Assembly: GCA_019449555.1 (NCBI GenBank)
Contig: JAGRPN010000363.1
Coordinates: 2,884-66,883 of the forward strand
DNA length: 64,000 bases
From: Ramlibacter sp.
Lineage (GTDB): Bacteria; Pseudomonadota; Gammaproteobacteria; Burkholderiales; Burkholderiaceae_C
Reading direction: 5' to 3'
This document shows, in pieces, positions 52,067 through 61,509 of this stretch. Both the position numbers and the translations under genes were made by a program. The notes beneath the pieces are model-generated. The model made no database searches. It was not told where the DNA came from and saw nothing but the letters and a program-made list of their open reading frames with translations. The stretch's first letter is position 1; the number at the start of each line of letters is the position of its first letter.

Positions 52067-52088
52067 CGTTGCGTCCTTGCCGCTGCGA

Positions 52089-53108
52089 TCAGCGCGATTC
52101 CATGGCGGCGCGCTGTTGCGCCGCCGTGTACAGGCGGGAACGGATCAGTTGCAGGGCATGGCCCCGGCGATTGCTTTCCGGTGAAACCGTCGAGGTGATC
52201 GCGACCACCAGTTCCAGCGGCGGGTGAACCCAGATGAACTGGCCGCCGAACCCGCTGGCCATGAAAGTCTTGCGCGGCGCATCGGATGGCACCACCCACC
52301 ACATCAAGCCGAAGGGCATCGACACCGGCGCACCGCCGGCATTTTGCGGCTGGGTCGCCGCCATGACGTAGGACTCGGGAACGATCTGCCGGCCGGCCCA
52401 GGCGCCCTTCTGCAGGAACAGCTGGCCGAGCTTGGCCATGTCGATCGTGCGCATGTGCAGTCCGCGCTCGTACGAAGGCTCGTCGAAGGCCAACGGCGCG
52501 ACGAGGTTCAGGCGCGCGAAGTCGGCGAGCGGCATGCCCGTCGCCTTTTCGAGAACGACCGACAGCACGGGCACGAGCGCGTTGTCGTACGCGAACACGC
52601 GGCCGGGCGCGGCGCGCAGCGGGCGCGCCCAAGCCTCCCGCGCGCGCCCTGCGGCAGCCGTGCCGGCAGGGTCATTCACCTCGAAGCCCGCGGTCATGGT
52701 GAGCAGATGGCGCACGGTGATGGCCGCGGCGAGCGGATCATTGTTGGCGGACGCCCATTCCGGCACCAACGCCAGCACCGGTTGGTCCAAGCCGCTGATC
52801 CGGCCCTGTCCCACCGCAATGCCCACCAGTGAGGACAGCGCGCTCTTCGCCACGGATTGCACGTCGCGCAATGCGGTGGACTTGCCGTCGCGATAGAACT
52901 CGTAGACGACGCGGCCCCGCAGCACCACCACGGCGCTCTGCACGTCGGCGAGGTGCTGCGTGATCGCCTGGTCCACTCCCTTGAACGCCGCCGTGTCCAG
53001 GGCCTGTTCGTCCGCGGAGGATGCGCGCCATTCGCCGGCCGCATGCGCATGCAAAGTTGCGGCAGCGCCGATCAATAAGCCGACCCACAACAGCCACGCA
53101 CGGCTCAC
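52089..53108 (-). CDS. Exported serine hydrolase, beta-lactamase / AmpC / NylB-like family
   Basis: GTG start with AGGA RBS, signal peptide, SxxK (SVAK), TVRHLLTMTAG, YxN (YDN), ASGFGGQ. Confidence 0.82.
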   Translation of the reverse strand: MSRAWLLWVGLLIGAAATLHAHAAGEWRASSADEQALDTAAFKGVDQAITQHLADVQSAVVVLRGRVVYEFYRDGKSTALRDVQSVAKSALSSLVGIAVGQGRISGLDQPVLALVPEWASANNDPLAAAITVRHLLTMTAGFEVNDPAGTAAAGRAREAWARPLRAAPGRVFAYDNALVPVLSVVLEKATGMPLADFARLNLVAPLAFDEPSYERGLHMRTIDMAKLGQLFLQKGAWAGRQIVPESYVMAATQPQNAGGAPVSMPFGLMWWVVPSDAPRKTFMASGFGGQFIWVHPPLELVVAITSTVSPESNRRGHALQLIRSRLYTAAQQRAAMESR

Positions 53109-53252
53109 GGCTTTCCTTGGAGTGACAGTGGACAAAGTGTAGCTCGCGACGCTCAGCGCAATTGCGCGACCGATCGAGCGCCGCCTGCAGGCGTTGGTGT
53201 TTGTGGCTTGCCGGATAATTTCCCTGTCCCTCAGCAACAAACACCTGCTCAG

Positions 53253-53891
53253 ATGCTGCGCTATCTCACCGTCCCCGTCACTCCCTTTCAGCAGAACTGC
53301 TCCATCGTCTGGGACGAGGACAGCCGGCAGGCCGCGATCATCGATCCGGGCGGCGACCTGGACAGCGTGCTCGCCGAGATCGAGGCGCGCGATCTGTTGC
53401 CGCAGCAGATCTGGCTGACGCACGCGCACATCGATCACGCCGGCGGCGCCGCGGAACTCGCGACGCGGCTCGGCGTGCCGATCGTCGGGCCGCACCCGGC
53501 CGACCAGTTCTGGATCGACATGCTGCCGCAGCAAGGCGCGATGTTCGGGCTGGGCCGCTCCGAGCTGTTCACGCCCGCCCGCTGGCTGCACGACGGCGAC
53601 AGCGTGGAACTGGCGGGCCACCGGTTCGACGTGCGCCACTGCCCCGGCCATACGCCGGGCCACGTCGTGTTCCATTCACCCGAGATGAACCGAGCCTTCG
53701 TGGGCGACGTGCTGTTCGCGGGCAGCATCGGCCGCACCGACCTGCCGCAAGGCGACTACGACACGCTCATCGCCAGCATCGCGCAGCGGCTGTGGCCAAT
53801 GGGCGACGACACCGTGTTCATCCCGGGCCACGGCCCGGAAAGCACGTTCGGCCGCGAGCGCCGCAGCAATCCGTTCGTCGGCGGGACCTGA
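53253..53891 (+). CDS. MBL-fold metallo-hydrolase (glyoxalase II-like, GloC/YcbL family)
   Basis: TPFQQNCS, LTHAHIDHAGG, PGHTPGH, GDVLFAGSIGRTD, PGHGPEST. Confidence 0.9.
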   Translation: MLRYLTVPVTPFQQNCSIVWDEDSRQAAIIDPGGDLDSVLAEIEARDLLPQQIWLTHAHIDHAGGAAELATRLGVPIVGPHPADQFWIDMLPQQGAMFGLGRSELFTPARWLHDGDSVELAGHRFDVRHCPGHTPGHVVFHSPEMNRAFVGDVLFAGSIGRTDLPQGDYDTLIASIAQRLWPMGDDTVFIPGHGPESTFGRERRSNPFVGGT

Positions 53892-53902
53892 CGCCGCCAA
53901 CC

Positions 53903-54451
53903 TCAAGCGCGCAGCAGGATCCGCCAGAGACCGGTCCAGATCAGCCAGAACCCCGCCAACAAGCCGATGAAAGCGATCGAACTGGCCGGCCAGCCGATCG
54001 CAATGAGCCCGGCGATCACGATGGAAAACAGACCATCCGCCAAGACCCAGCCCCAGCCGCTTGCCGGTCTCAGCTTGAAGGCGAGCACGGTGCGCGTGAT
54101 GCCCCCGGCAAAGAAGAACGCGCCGACTAGCAGCGCCAGCGAAGCCACACCGGCCAGGGGCGCAAACACGATGACCAATCCGAGCACCAGGGTCAGGATG
54201 CCCGAGGCGAGCTTCCAGCCAAAACCTTGCTGCGAGCGCGTGTGGATCGCGTAGGCCAGCTCGGAAACGCCGCCTATGACCAGCAGCCAGGCGAACAGCA
54301 AGGCCGTCGCAAACGCGGCCACGCCAGGCATGACCATTGCCAGAACGCCGCTGACAATCAGAAGCACGCCCCACGCCACGTGCCATCCGCTCGCGCTCGC
54401 GGGCGGCCCGAAGCGCCTCCCACTTTCATGGAGTTCGTTTGAAGTTGCCAT
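53903..54451 (-). CDS. HdeD/DUF308-family membrane protein
   Basis: Six hydrophobic segments in two repeated halves, GGAG RBS before ATG 54451. Confidence 0.8.
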   Translation of the reverse strand: MATSNELHESGRRFGPPASASGWHVAWGVLLIVSGVLAMVMPGVAAFATALLFAWLLVIGGVSELAYAIHTRSQQGFGWKLASGILTLVLGLVIVFAPLAGVASLALLVGAFFFAGGITRTVLAFKLRPASGWGWVLADGLFSIVIAGLIAIGWPASSIAFIGLLAGFWLIWTGLWRILLRA

Positions 54452-54652
54452 ATCGGTCTCCTGGACAAGTCCGGCCACCGGTCCACTCGCGCCGGCAACG
54501 ATTCCTGGCTGAGTCCCCATCATGAGAATGCGAGCGCGACGCAACGCTACATTCGGCTAGATCTGCAAGCGAAAGCAGCTTGTCCGCCGTTGGTTGCAGC
54601 TCATCAGCGGTGATTTGCCGGCGGCACCGAGAGCGCCGACGGCGGGTCTTGC

Positions 54653-56029
54653 TCAGCCTTGACCGGCCATTGATTCCGTGGCGGGCGGTGCGCTGGTGCC
54701 GGTCTGCGCCGCGCTGACGGATGGTCCCGCACGCAAACGGCTGGCCGGAAAGCGGATGGCAAAAGTCGAACCGGCGCCCGGCCGGCTCTCGATCGCCAGC
54801 TCGGCGCCATGCCGCTGCGCCACGTGCTTGACGATGGCCAGCCCCAGCCCGGTGCCGCCTGTTTCGCGCGAACGGCTGCGGTCCACGCGGTAGAAGCGCT
54901 CGGTGAGGCGCGGGATGTGTTCGGGCGCGATGCCCGGGCCGGTGTCGCGCACGGAGAATTCGCCGCGGCCGTCGGGCAGCATGCGCCATGCGACTTCGAT
55001 GGACCCGCCGGCAGGGGTGTAGCGAACCGCGTTGCTCACCAGGTTGAGCAATGCGCTGGCCAGCTCGCCGGGGGCGCCCGCGAGTTCGTGACCTGCGGGT
55101 CGATCGAAGCGCAGCTCGTGCGATTTCCCCAGCGCCACGGACAACGCGCGCGCATCCTGCTCGCATTGGGCCAGCAGCAGGGCGACCGGCGTCCACTCGC
55201 CGGTCCCGGGCAAGGGACTGCCCTCCAGCCTCGACAGCGTGAGCAGGTCGCCCACCAGGGTCTGCATCCGCCGGGCCTGCTGCGCCATCAGGTCCAGGTA
55301 CCGGATGCGCTCGTTGGCTTCCAGCGGAAGGTTCTGCAAGGTTTCCACGAACCCGGCCAGCACGGTGAGCGGGGTGCGGATCTCGTGCGATACGTTGGCG
55401 ACGAAGTCCCGACGCATCACTTCGGCCTGCTCCAAAGCGGTGACGTCGCGTGACAGCAATAGCCTGCGCCCGCCCCCGTAGGGGTGCAGGTACAGCGACA
55501 GCTTGACCGGCAGCGACGGCGTGCTGCGCGAACCGGGGATCACCACCTCGCGCGCGTGGCTGCTGCCGTGGTAATAGGCGGTGAACGAGGGGTCGCGAAT
55601 CAGGTTCGTCACCTGCTGCATCAGGTCGCGCTTCAGGTCGAACCCGAACTGGTCGGCCGCCGTCTGGTTGCACCATTCGATGCGGCCCTGGGCATCGAGC
55701 AGCACCACGCCGTTGGGCGATTGCTGGATGGCCGCCAGGAAATCCTGCAGGCGGCGCTGTGCATCGGTGGCCTGCGACTCCCGCATCCGCAGCGCGCGCT
55801 GGACCCGGTCGGCCACCTCGCCCCACGGTCCGCGCATCGCAGGCGCGGCCCCTTGATTTCCTTCGCGCAGCCAGCGCAGCACCGCAGCTGCCCTTACGCT
55901 GTCCGCCGCGAGCCATGCGAAGGCGCCCGCGACGAGACCGACCAGCGCCGCGCTCTCGCGCCCCAGCCACCAGCCGAGCAGGCCGCCACCGAGCTGACAC
56001 AGAAGGAATCCGAGAAAGCGCCAGGCCAT
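54653..56029 (-). CDS. phoR: Phosphate regulon sensor kinase
   Basis: PAS region, RRDFVANVSHEIRTPLTV, NLVSNAVRYT, RLTERFYRVDRSRSRETGGTGLGLAIVKH. Confidence 0.95.
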   Translation of the reverse strand: MAWRFLGFLLCQLGGGLLGWWLGRESAALVGLVAGAFAWLAADSVRAAAVLRWLREGNQGAAPAMRGPWGEVADRVQRALRMRESQATDAQRRLQDFLAAIQQSPNGVVLLDAQGRIEWCNQTAADQFGFDLKRDLMQQVTNLIRDPSFTAYYHGSSHAREVVIPGSRSTPSLPVKLSLYLHPYGGGRRLLLSRDVTALEQAEVMRRDFVANVSHEIRTPLTVLAGFVETLQNLPLEANERIRYLDLMAQQARRMQTLVGDLLTLSRLEGSPLPGTGEWTPVALLLAQCEQDARALSVALGKSHELRFDRPAGHELAGAPGELASALLNLVSNAVRYTPAGGSIEVAWRMLPDGRGEFSVRDTGPGIAPEHIPRLTERFYRVDRSRSRETGGTGLGLAIVKHVAQRHGAELAIESRPGAGSTFAIRFPASRLRAGPSVSAAQTGTSAPPATESMAGQG

Positions 56030-56073
56030 GATCGATTGTGACGCGCGCTGCGCGCCTCAAGGCGCGGTGGACA

Positions 56074-56775
56074 CTAGGCCGCCGCGCCGTAATCCACCGC
56101 GAACCGGTAACCTGCGCCGCGGACCGTCTCGATCATCGCGCCGGCCCCGCCCAACGCCTCGCGCAGCCGCTTCACATGGACGTCCACCGTGCGCTCCTCG
56201 ATGAACACATGGTCGCCCCAGACCTTGTCCAGCAACTGCGAACGGCTGTGCACCCGCTCGGGGTGCTTCATGAGGTAGTGCAGCAATTTGAATTCCGTCG
56301 GCCCGAGCTTGAGCGCCTGGCCGCGCCAGCTCACGCGATGCGTCGCCGCATCCAGCACGAGTTCGCCGGCGGCCGCCTGGTCGTTCACCTGCTCGGGCGC
56401 GCGGCGCCGCAAGACGGCACGGATGCGCGCCAGCAGTTCCTGCGTGGAGAACGGCTTGGTGATGTAGTCGTCGGCGCCGGCATCCAGGCCCGCCACCTTG
56501 TCGGGCTCGTCGCCGCGCGCGGTCAGCATCAGGATCGGGATGCCTTTGGTGCGCGGGTCGTTGCGCCACTTGCGCGCCAGCGACAGCCCGCTCTGGCCGG
56601 GCAGCATCCAGTCCAGCAGGATCGCGTCCGGCAGCACCGCATCGAGTTCGCGCTGCGCGGCCACGCCATCCTCGGCCCACACCGGCTGGAAGCCGTTGTG
56701 GCGCAGGTTCACGCACACCAGCTCGGCGATCGCGGGTTCGTCTTCGACGACCAGGACGCGCGGGCCGTTCTTCAT
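56074..56775 (-). CDS. phoB: Phosphate regulon response regulator
   Basis: LLDWMLPGQSG, GADDYITKPFS, VWGDHVFIEERTVDVHVKRLR. Confidence 0.96.
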   Translation of the reverse strand: MKNGPRVLVVEDEPAIAELVCVNLRHNGFQPVWAEDGVAAQRELDAVLPDAILLDWMLPGQSGLSLARKWRNDPRTKGIPILMLTARGDEPDKVAGLDAGADDYITKPFSTQELLARIRAVLRRRAPEQVNDQAAAGELVLDAATHRVSWRGQALKLGPTEFKLLHYLMKHPERVHSRSQLLDKVWGDHVFIEERTVDVHVKRLREALGGAGAMIETVRGAGYRFAVDYGAAA

Positions 56776-57476
56776 CAGCGGACGACGGACTCGATCTGTT
56801 CCATCGACGCGTGCCGCACGTCCGCGCCCTTGACCACGTAGATGATGAATTCGGCGATGTTCTTCGCGTGATCGCCGATGCGCTCGATCGCCTTGGCCAC
56901 GAACAGCAGGTCGAGGCTGGCCGAGATGGTGCGCGGGTCTTCCATCATGTAGGTGATCAGCTTGCGCACGAACCCGTCGAACTCGCGGTCGATCAGGTCG
57001 TCCTCCTTGAGGATCGAAACCGCGACGTTGGCATCCAGGCGCGCGAAAGCGTCGAGGGCCTTGCGCAACAGGCCGGAAGCCAGGTCGGCCGCGACATGCA
57101 GTTCCGACGCGGGCAGCGTGCGCGCCGCGCCGCTGCCGATGATGGACTTGACCATGCGGGCGATCTTCACCGCCTCGTCGCCGGTGCGCTCGAGGTTGGC
57201 GGTCGTCTTGGAGATCGCCACCAGCAGGCGCAAGTCGCGGGCCGTGGGCTGGCGCCGCGCGATGATGGACGACAGCTCGCGGTCGATCTCCACTTCCATG
57301 AGGTTCACGCGGGTCTCGATCTCCTTCACCTGGGCGGCGGCCTCTTCGCTGAATTCGGAGAGTGCGTGCACCGCCATGCGGATCTGGGACTCCACCATGC
57401 CGCCCATTTCCATGACGCGGGTGGAAACGGCGCTGAGCTCGGTGTCGAACTGGGTGGAAAGATGTTTGTCATTCAT
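56775..57476 (-). CDS. phoU: Phosphate signalling protein
   Basis: KHLSTQFD, RQPTARDLR, LERTGD, IERIGDHAKNIAE. Confidence 0.95.
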   Translation of the reverse strand: MNDKHLSTQFDTELSAVSTRVMEMGGMVESQIRMAVHALSEFSEEAAAQVKEIETRVNLMEVEIDRELSSIIARRQPTARDLRLLVAISKTTANLERTGDEAVKIARMVKSIIGSGAARTLPASELHVAADLASGLLRKALDAFARLDANVAVSILKEDDLIDREFDGFVRKLITYMMEDPRTISASLDLLFVAKAIERIGDHAKNIAEFIIYVVKGADVRHASMEQIESVVR

Positions 57477-57488
57477 GGCAGGCTCCAT

Positions 57489-58268
57489 TCATCCGAACCG
57501 TCCCGTGATGTAGTCTTCCGTCTCCCTGCGCTTGGGCTTGAAGAAGATCTGCTCGGTCTCGCCCATCTCGATGAGGTCGCCGAGGTACATGTACGCAGTG
57601 TAGTCACTGACGCGCGCCGCCTGTTGCATGTTGTGCGTGACGATGACGACGGTGTAATCGCTCTTGAGCTCGGCGATCAGCTCCTCGATCTTGCCGGTGG
57701 AAATCGGGTCCAGCGCCGAACAAGGCTCGTCCAGCAGCAACACCTCGGGCTTGATCGCGATGCCGCGCGCGATGCACAGCCGCTGCTGCTGCCCGCCCGA
57801 CAGCCCCGCGCCGCTTTGCGAGAGCTTGCCCTTCACCTCGCCCCAGAGCGCCGCCTTGCGCAGCGCCCATTCGACCCGCTCGTCCATGTCCGCGGCGCTC
57901 AGGTCCTCGAACAGGCGCACGCCGAACGCGACGTTGTCATAGATGGACATCGGGAAAGGCGTGGGCTTCTGAAAGACCATGCCGACCTTGGCGCGGATCA
58001 GCGCCACGTCCTGCTTCGACGTCAGCAGGTCTTCTCCGTCCAGCACGATTTCGCCCTCGGCGCGCTGGTCCGGATAGAGCTCGTACATCCGGTTGAAGGT
58101 GCGCAGCAGCGTCGATTTGCCGCAGCCCGATGGGCCGATGAACGCCGTGACCTTCTTCTCGGCGATGTCCAGGTTGATTGCTTTGAGGGCATGGAACCGG
58201 CCGTAATAGAAGTTGAGGTTCCGCACCGAAATCTTCGATCGCGCGTTGCCCGCCGTGAGAGTAGCCAT
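57489..58268 (-). CDS. pstB: Phosphate ABC transporter ATPase
   Basis: [47 protein letters not shown]. Confidence 0.97.
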   Translation of the reverse strand: MATLTAGNARSKISVRNLNFYYGRFHALKAINLDIAEKKVTAFIGPSGCGKSTLLRTFNRMYELYPDQRAEGEIVLDGEDLLTSKQDVALIRAKVGMVFQKPTPFPMSIYDNVAFGVRLFEDLSAADMDERVEWALRKAALWGEVKGKLSQSGAGLSGGQQQRLCIARGIAIKPEVLLLDEPCSALDPISTGKIEELIAELKSDYTVVIVTHNMQQAARVSDYTAYMYLGDLIEMGETEQIFFKPKRRETEDYITGRFG

Positions 58269-58279
58269 GGGATACCTTG

Positions 58280-59176
58280 TCAGATCTTGCTGCGCGTGAG
58301 CACGCGCGCCAGGATGTTGAGAACCAGCACGGCCAACGTGATGAGGAACACACCGGCCCAGGCCAGTTGCTGCCAGTTCTCGTACGGGCTCATCGCGAAC
58401 TTGAAGATCGTCACGGGCAGGCTGGCCATCGGATCGGCGAGGCTGGAGGTCCAGAACTGGTTGCTCAGCGCGGTGAAGAGCAAGGGAGCGGTTTCACCGG
58501 AGATGCGGGCCACGGCCAGCAGCACGCCCGTGACCACGCCGGCACGCGCGGCCCGCAGCGTGATCTTCGTGATGACCTTCCACTTCGGCGCGCCCAGCGC
58601 ATAGGCGGCTTCGCGCAGGCCGGCGGGCACCAGCAGCAGCATGTTCTCGGTGGTGCGGATGACCACCGGAATGACGATCAATGCGAGCGCGATCACGCCG
58701 GCCCATCCTGAAAAGCTCTTGAAGCGGGCCACGACCACGGCATAGACGAACAGCCCGATCACGATCGACGGCGCGGACAGCAGGATATCGTTGACGAAAC
58801 GCGTGAGGGATCCCAGCCATCCCTTGGTGTCGTACTCGGCCAGGTAGATGCCGGCCATGATGCCGATCGGCGTGCCGACGAAGGTTGCCAGCACGACCAT
58901 CAGGAAGGAGCCGTAGATCGCATTGGCGAGGCCGCCTGCTTCATTGGGCGGCGGCGTCATTTGCGACAGCGTGGCCCAGCCGAGGCCGGCGACGCCCAGC
59001 CGCACGGTGTCCCAGAGGATCCACACCAGCCAGAAGACGCCGAACGCCATCGCGGCCAGCGACAGCGTGAGCGCCACCTGGTTCACCCGCTTGCGGCGCG
59101 CATACAGTTGCTGGCGCACCTGCTCCCGGTCGGCCTGCCGGATCAGGCGCTCACCCGTGCCGACCGCCTTGTTCAT
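58280..59176 (-). CDS. pstA: Phosphate ABC transporter permease
   Basis: [41 protein letters not shown]. Confidence 0.95.
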   Translation of the reverse strand: MNKAVGTGERLIRQADREQVRQQLYARRKRVNQVALTLSLAAMAFGVFWLVWILWDTVRLGVAGLGWATLSQMTPPPNEAGGLANAIYGSFLMVVLATFVGTPIGIMAGIYLAEYDTKGWLGSLTRFVNDILLSAPSIVIGLFVYAVVVARFKSFSGWAGVIALALIVIPVVIRTTENMLLLVPAGLREAAYALGAPKWKVITKITLRAARAGVVTGVLLAVARISGETAPLLFTALSNQFWTSSLADPMASLPVTIFKFAMSPYENWQQLAWAGVFLITLAVLVLNILARVLTRSKI

Positions 59177-60198
59177 GCCTTCGCCCCTTCCCTTTTCCTC
59201 AGCTGTACCAGCAGCAGCTTGGACAGCGACAGGACGACGAACGTGATGAAGAAAAGCACCAGTCCCAGGTAGATCAAAGCCGCCTGATGCAGGCCGCTCG
59301 CGGCTTCGGCGAACTCGTTGGCCAGCGCCGAGGTGATGCTGTTGGCGGCCTGGAACAGCGAGAGCGTATCGAGCTGGTTGAAGTTGCCGATGACGAAAGT
59401 GACCGCCATGGTTTCGCCCAGCGCCCGCCCAAGGCCGAGCATGATGCCGCCGATCACACCGGCCTTGGTATAGGGCAGCACCACCTTGAACACGACCTCC
59501 CAGGTGGTGGAGCCCAGCGCATAGGCCGATTCCTTGAGCATCGGCGGCGTCACGTCGAAAACGTCGCGCATCACCGACGCGATGAACGGAATGATCATGA
59601 TGGCCAGGATGATCCCGGCCGAGAGGATGCCGATGCCCACCGGCGGTCCCGAGACCAGCGCGCCGAGGTACGGCACGTCCGCAAAGAGCGCCTGCAGGGG
59701 CTGCTGGACAAAGGTCGCCAGGATGGGCCCGAACACCAACAGGCCCCACATGCCATACACGATGGAGGGGACCGCCGCCAGCAATTCGATGGCCGTGCCC
59801 AGCGGGCGCTTGAGCCAGGCCGGAGACAGCTCGGTGAGGAACAAGGCGATGCCGAAGCTCACCGGGACTGCAATGACGAGAGCGATCAGCGAAGTGGAGA
59901 TCGTGCCGTAGATCATCACCAGCCCGCCGAATTCGCCGCTCACCGGGTCCCACACGCTGTTGCCGATAAAGCCGAGGCCGTATTTCTCGATGGCCGGCCA
60001 GGCGCCCACCAGCAGTGAGGCGAGGATGCCCGCCAGCAACCCGAGCGTCACCACGGCGGCCGCTTTCGCGGTCCAGCCGAAGAGCGTATCGGCCCAAGGG
60101 CTTCTGCGCCTGGGGCGTGCCGGGGAGGGCGTCATTGCGCGGGCACGCCCCCCGGCGGCAACGGAGGCGGTCTCATGGGCCGCAAGTGTAGAGGACAT
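59173..60198 (-). CDS. pstC: Phosphate ABC transporter permease
   Basis: [33 protein letters not shown]. Confidence 0.95.
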   Translation of the reverse strand: MSSTLAAHETASVAAGGRARAMTPSPARPRRRSPWADTLFGWTAKAAAVVTLGLLAGILASLLVGAWPAIEKYGLGFIGNSVWDPVSGEFGGLVMIYGTISTSLIALVIAVPVSFGIALFLTELSPAWLKRPLGTAIELLAAVPSIVYGMWGLLVFGPILATFVQQPLQALFADVPYLGALVSGPPVGIGILSAGIILAIMIIPFIASVMRDVFDVTPPMLKESAYALGSTTWEVVFKVVLPYTKAGVIGGIMLGLGRALGETMAVTFVIGNFNQLDTLSLFQAANSITSALANEFAEAASGLHQAALIYLGLVLFFITFVVLSLSKLLLVQLRKREGAKA

Positions 60199-60237
60199 CA
60201 CGCGGGCCGATCCCACCTGGCTGCGCCCCTGCCGCCG

Positions 60238-61269
60238 TCACTTGTACGCGATGGGCTTGCCCGGCGCGTCCTTGATCTCGCCCCAGGCCTTTTCGATCTG
60301 GGTCTTCACGACGGCCGGCATCGGCACGTAAGCCAGGTCGCTGGCGGTCTTGTCGCCGTTCTTGTAGGCCCAGTCGAAGAACTTGAGTGCAGCAGCAGCT
60401 TCGGCCGGCTTGTCCTGGCTCTTGTACATGATGATGAAAGTGGCCCCGGTGATCGGCCAGGCATCCTTGCCGGGCTGGTTGGTGAGTATCTGGTAGAAAC
60501 TCCTGGACCAGTCCGCGCCGGCCGCCGCGGCCTTGAACGCCTTGTCCTCGGGCGCCACGAAATTGCCCGCCGAGTTTTGCATCAGCGCGTAGTTCATCTT
60601 GCTCTGCTTCACGTACGCATATTCGACATAGCCGATCGAGTTGGGCAGCCGGTTCACGAAAGCCGCAACGCCTTCATTACCCTTGCCGCCCGCGCCGGCC
60701 GGCCAGTTCACGGCCGTCCCCTCGCCCACCTTGCTTTTCCAGTCCGCGTTCACCTTCGACAGGTAATTGGTGAAGATGAAGCTCGTGCCCGAACCGTCGG
60801 CGCGGCGCACCGGCGCGATCGCCGCGTCCGGCAGCGGCAACGACGGGTTGAGCGCCTTGATCGCCGGGTCGGTCCACTTTGTGATCTTGCCCAGGTAGAT
60901 GTCCCCGAGCACCTGCCCGTTGAGTTTGAGCTGCCCCGGGGCGATGCCCTTGATGTTGATCACCGGCACGACGCCGCCGATCACCGTCGGAAACTGCATC
61001 TGCCCCTTCTTGGCCAGGTCCTCGTCCTTGAGCGGCATGTCGGACGCGCCGAAGGCCACCGTCTTCGAGTCGATCTGCTTGATGCCCGCGCCGGAGCCGA
61101 CCGACTGGTAATTGACCTTCACGCCGGTGGCCTTGTTGTAATCGGCGGCCCATTTGGCATACAGCGGCGCCGGGAAAGTGGCGCCGGCGCCGGTGATGTC
61201 CTCCGCCGCCGCCAGGCCGGCAAAGCAAAGCAAAGCCAGGGCGAGGGTGATTAGCACGTTCATTCTCAT
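60238..61269 (-). CDS. pstS: Phosphate ABC transporter substrate-binding protein
   Basis: GAGATFPAPLY, YQSVGSGAG, RADGSGTS, GKGNEGV, AWPITGATF. Confidence 0.96.
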   Translation of the reverse strand: MRMNVLITLALALLCFAGLAAAEDITGAGATFPAPLYAKWAADYNKATGVKVNYQSVGSGAGIKQIDSKTVAFGASDMPLKDEDLAKKGQMQFPTVIGGVVPVINIKGIAPGQLKLNGQVLGDIYLGKITKWTDPAIKALNPSLPLPDAAIAPVRRADGSGTSFIFTNYLSKVNADWKSKVGEGTAVNWPAGAGGKGNEGVAAFVNRLPNSIGYVEYAYVKQSKMNYALMQNSAGNFVAPEDKAFKAAAAGADWSRSFYQILTNQPGKDAWPITGATFIIMYKSQDKPAEAAAALKFFDWAYKNGDKTASDLAYVPMPAVVKTQIEKAWGEIKDAPGKPIAYK

Positions 61270-61304
61270 CGTTGGACCTTCGGGTTTTGAAACGGAACAA
61301 GTCG

Positions 61305-61338
61305 ACTCTAGGAAGGTTTTGTGACAGCGATATGACAA
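61305..61338 (-). promoter_or_regulatory. Pho box and -10 element of the pstS promoter
   Basis: Minus strand TTGTCAT-ATCG-CTGTCAC (61338-61321), 10-nt spacer, then TAGAGT (61310-61305). Confidence 0.85.
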
Positions 61339-61432
61339 GAGTGCGGTCGGCAAGGTGCTCCAGGTACCGCTTTCCACTGCGCCGGATTCGGGTGAAACCC
61401 TAGGCCGCCGAGGTGCCGCAGACGCAACAAGT

Positions 61433-61446
61433 TTGAGGCAGATCAA
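61433..61446 (+). promoter_or_regulatory. FNR/Anr box upstream of nrdD
   Basis: TTGAG-GCAG-ATCAA, 1 mismatch to TTGAT-N4-ATCAA. TACTCT -10 candidate at 61470-61475 fits class II spacing. Confidence 0.7.
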
Positions 61447-61493
61447 CACTACATCTGGGGTCTATCGCCTACTCTAAACGCTACATATAGCGT
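61446..61493 (+). promoter_or_regulatory. Tandem NrdR boxes
   Basis: ACACTACATCTGGGGT (61446-61461) and ACGCTACATATAGCGT (61478-61493), 32 bp apart. Confidence 0.8.
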
Positions 61494-61509
61494 GAGGAGC
61501 CGAAACCCC

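Noticed and set aside
52089-53891. Antibiotic resistance locus
   Set aside because: The motifs fit broad esterase/amidase and glyoxalase II-like families rather than recognisable class A-D or B beta-lactamases.
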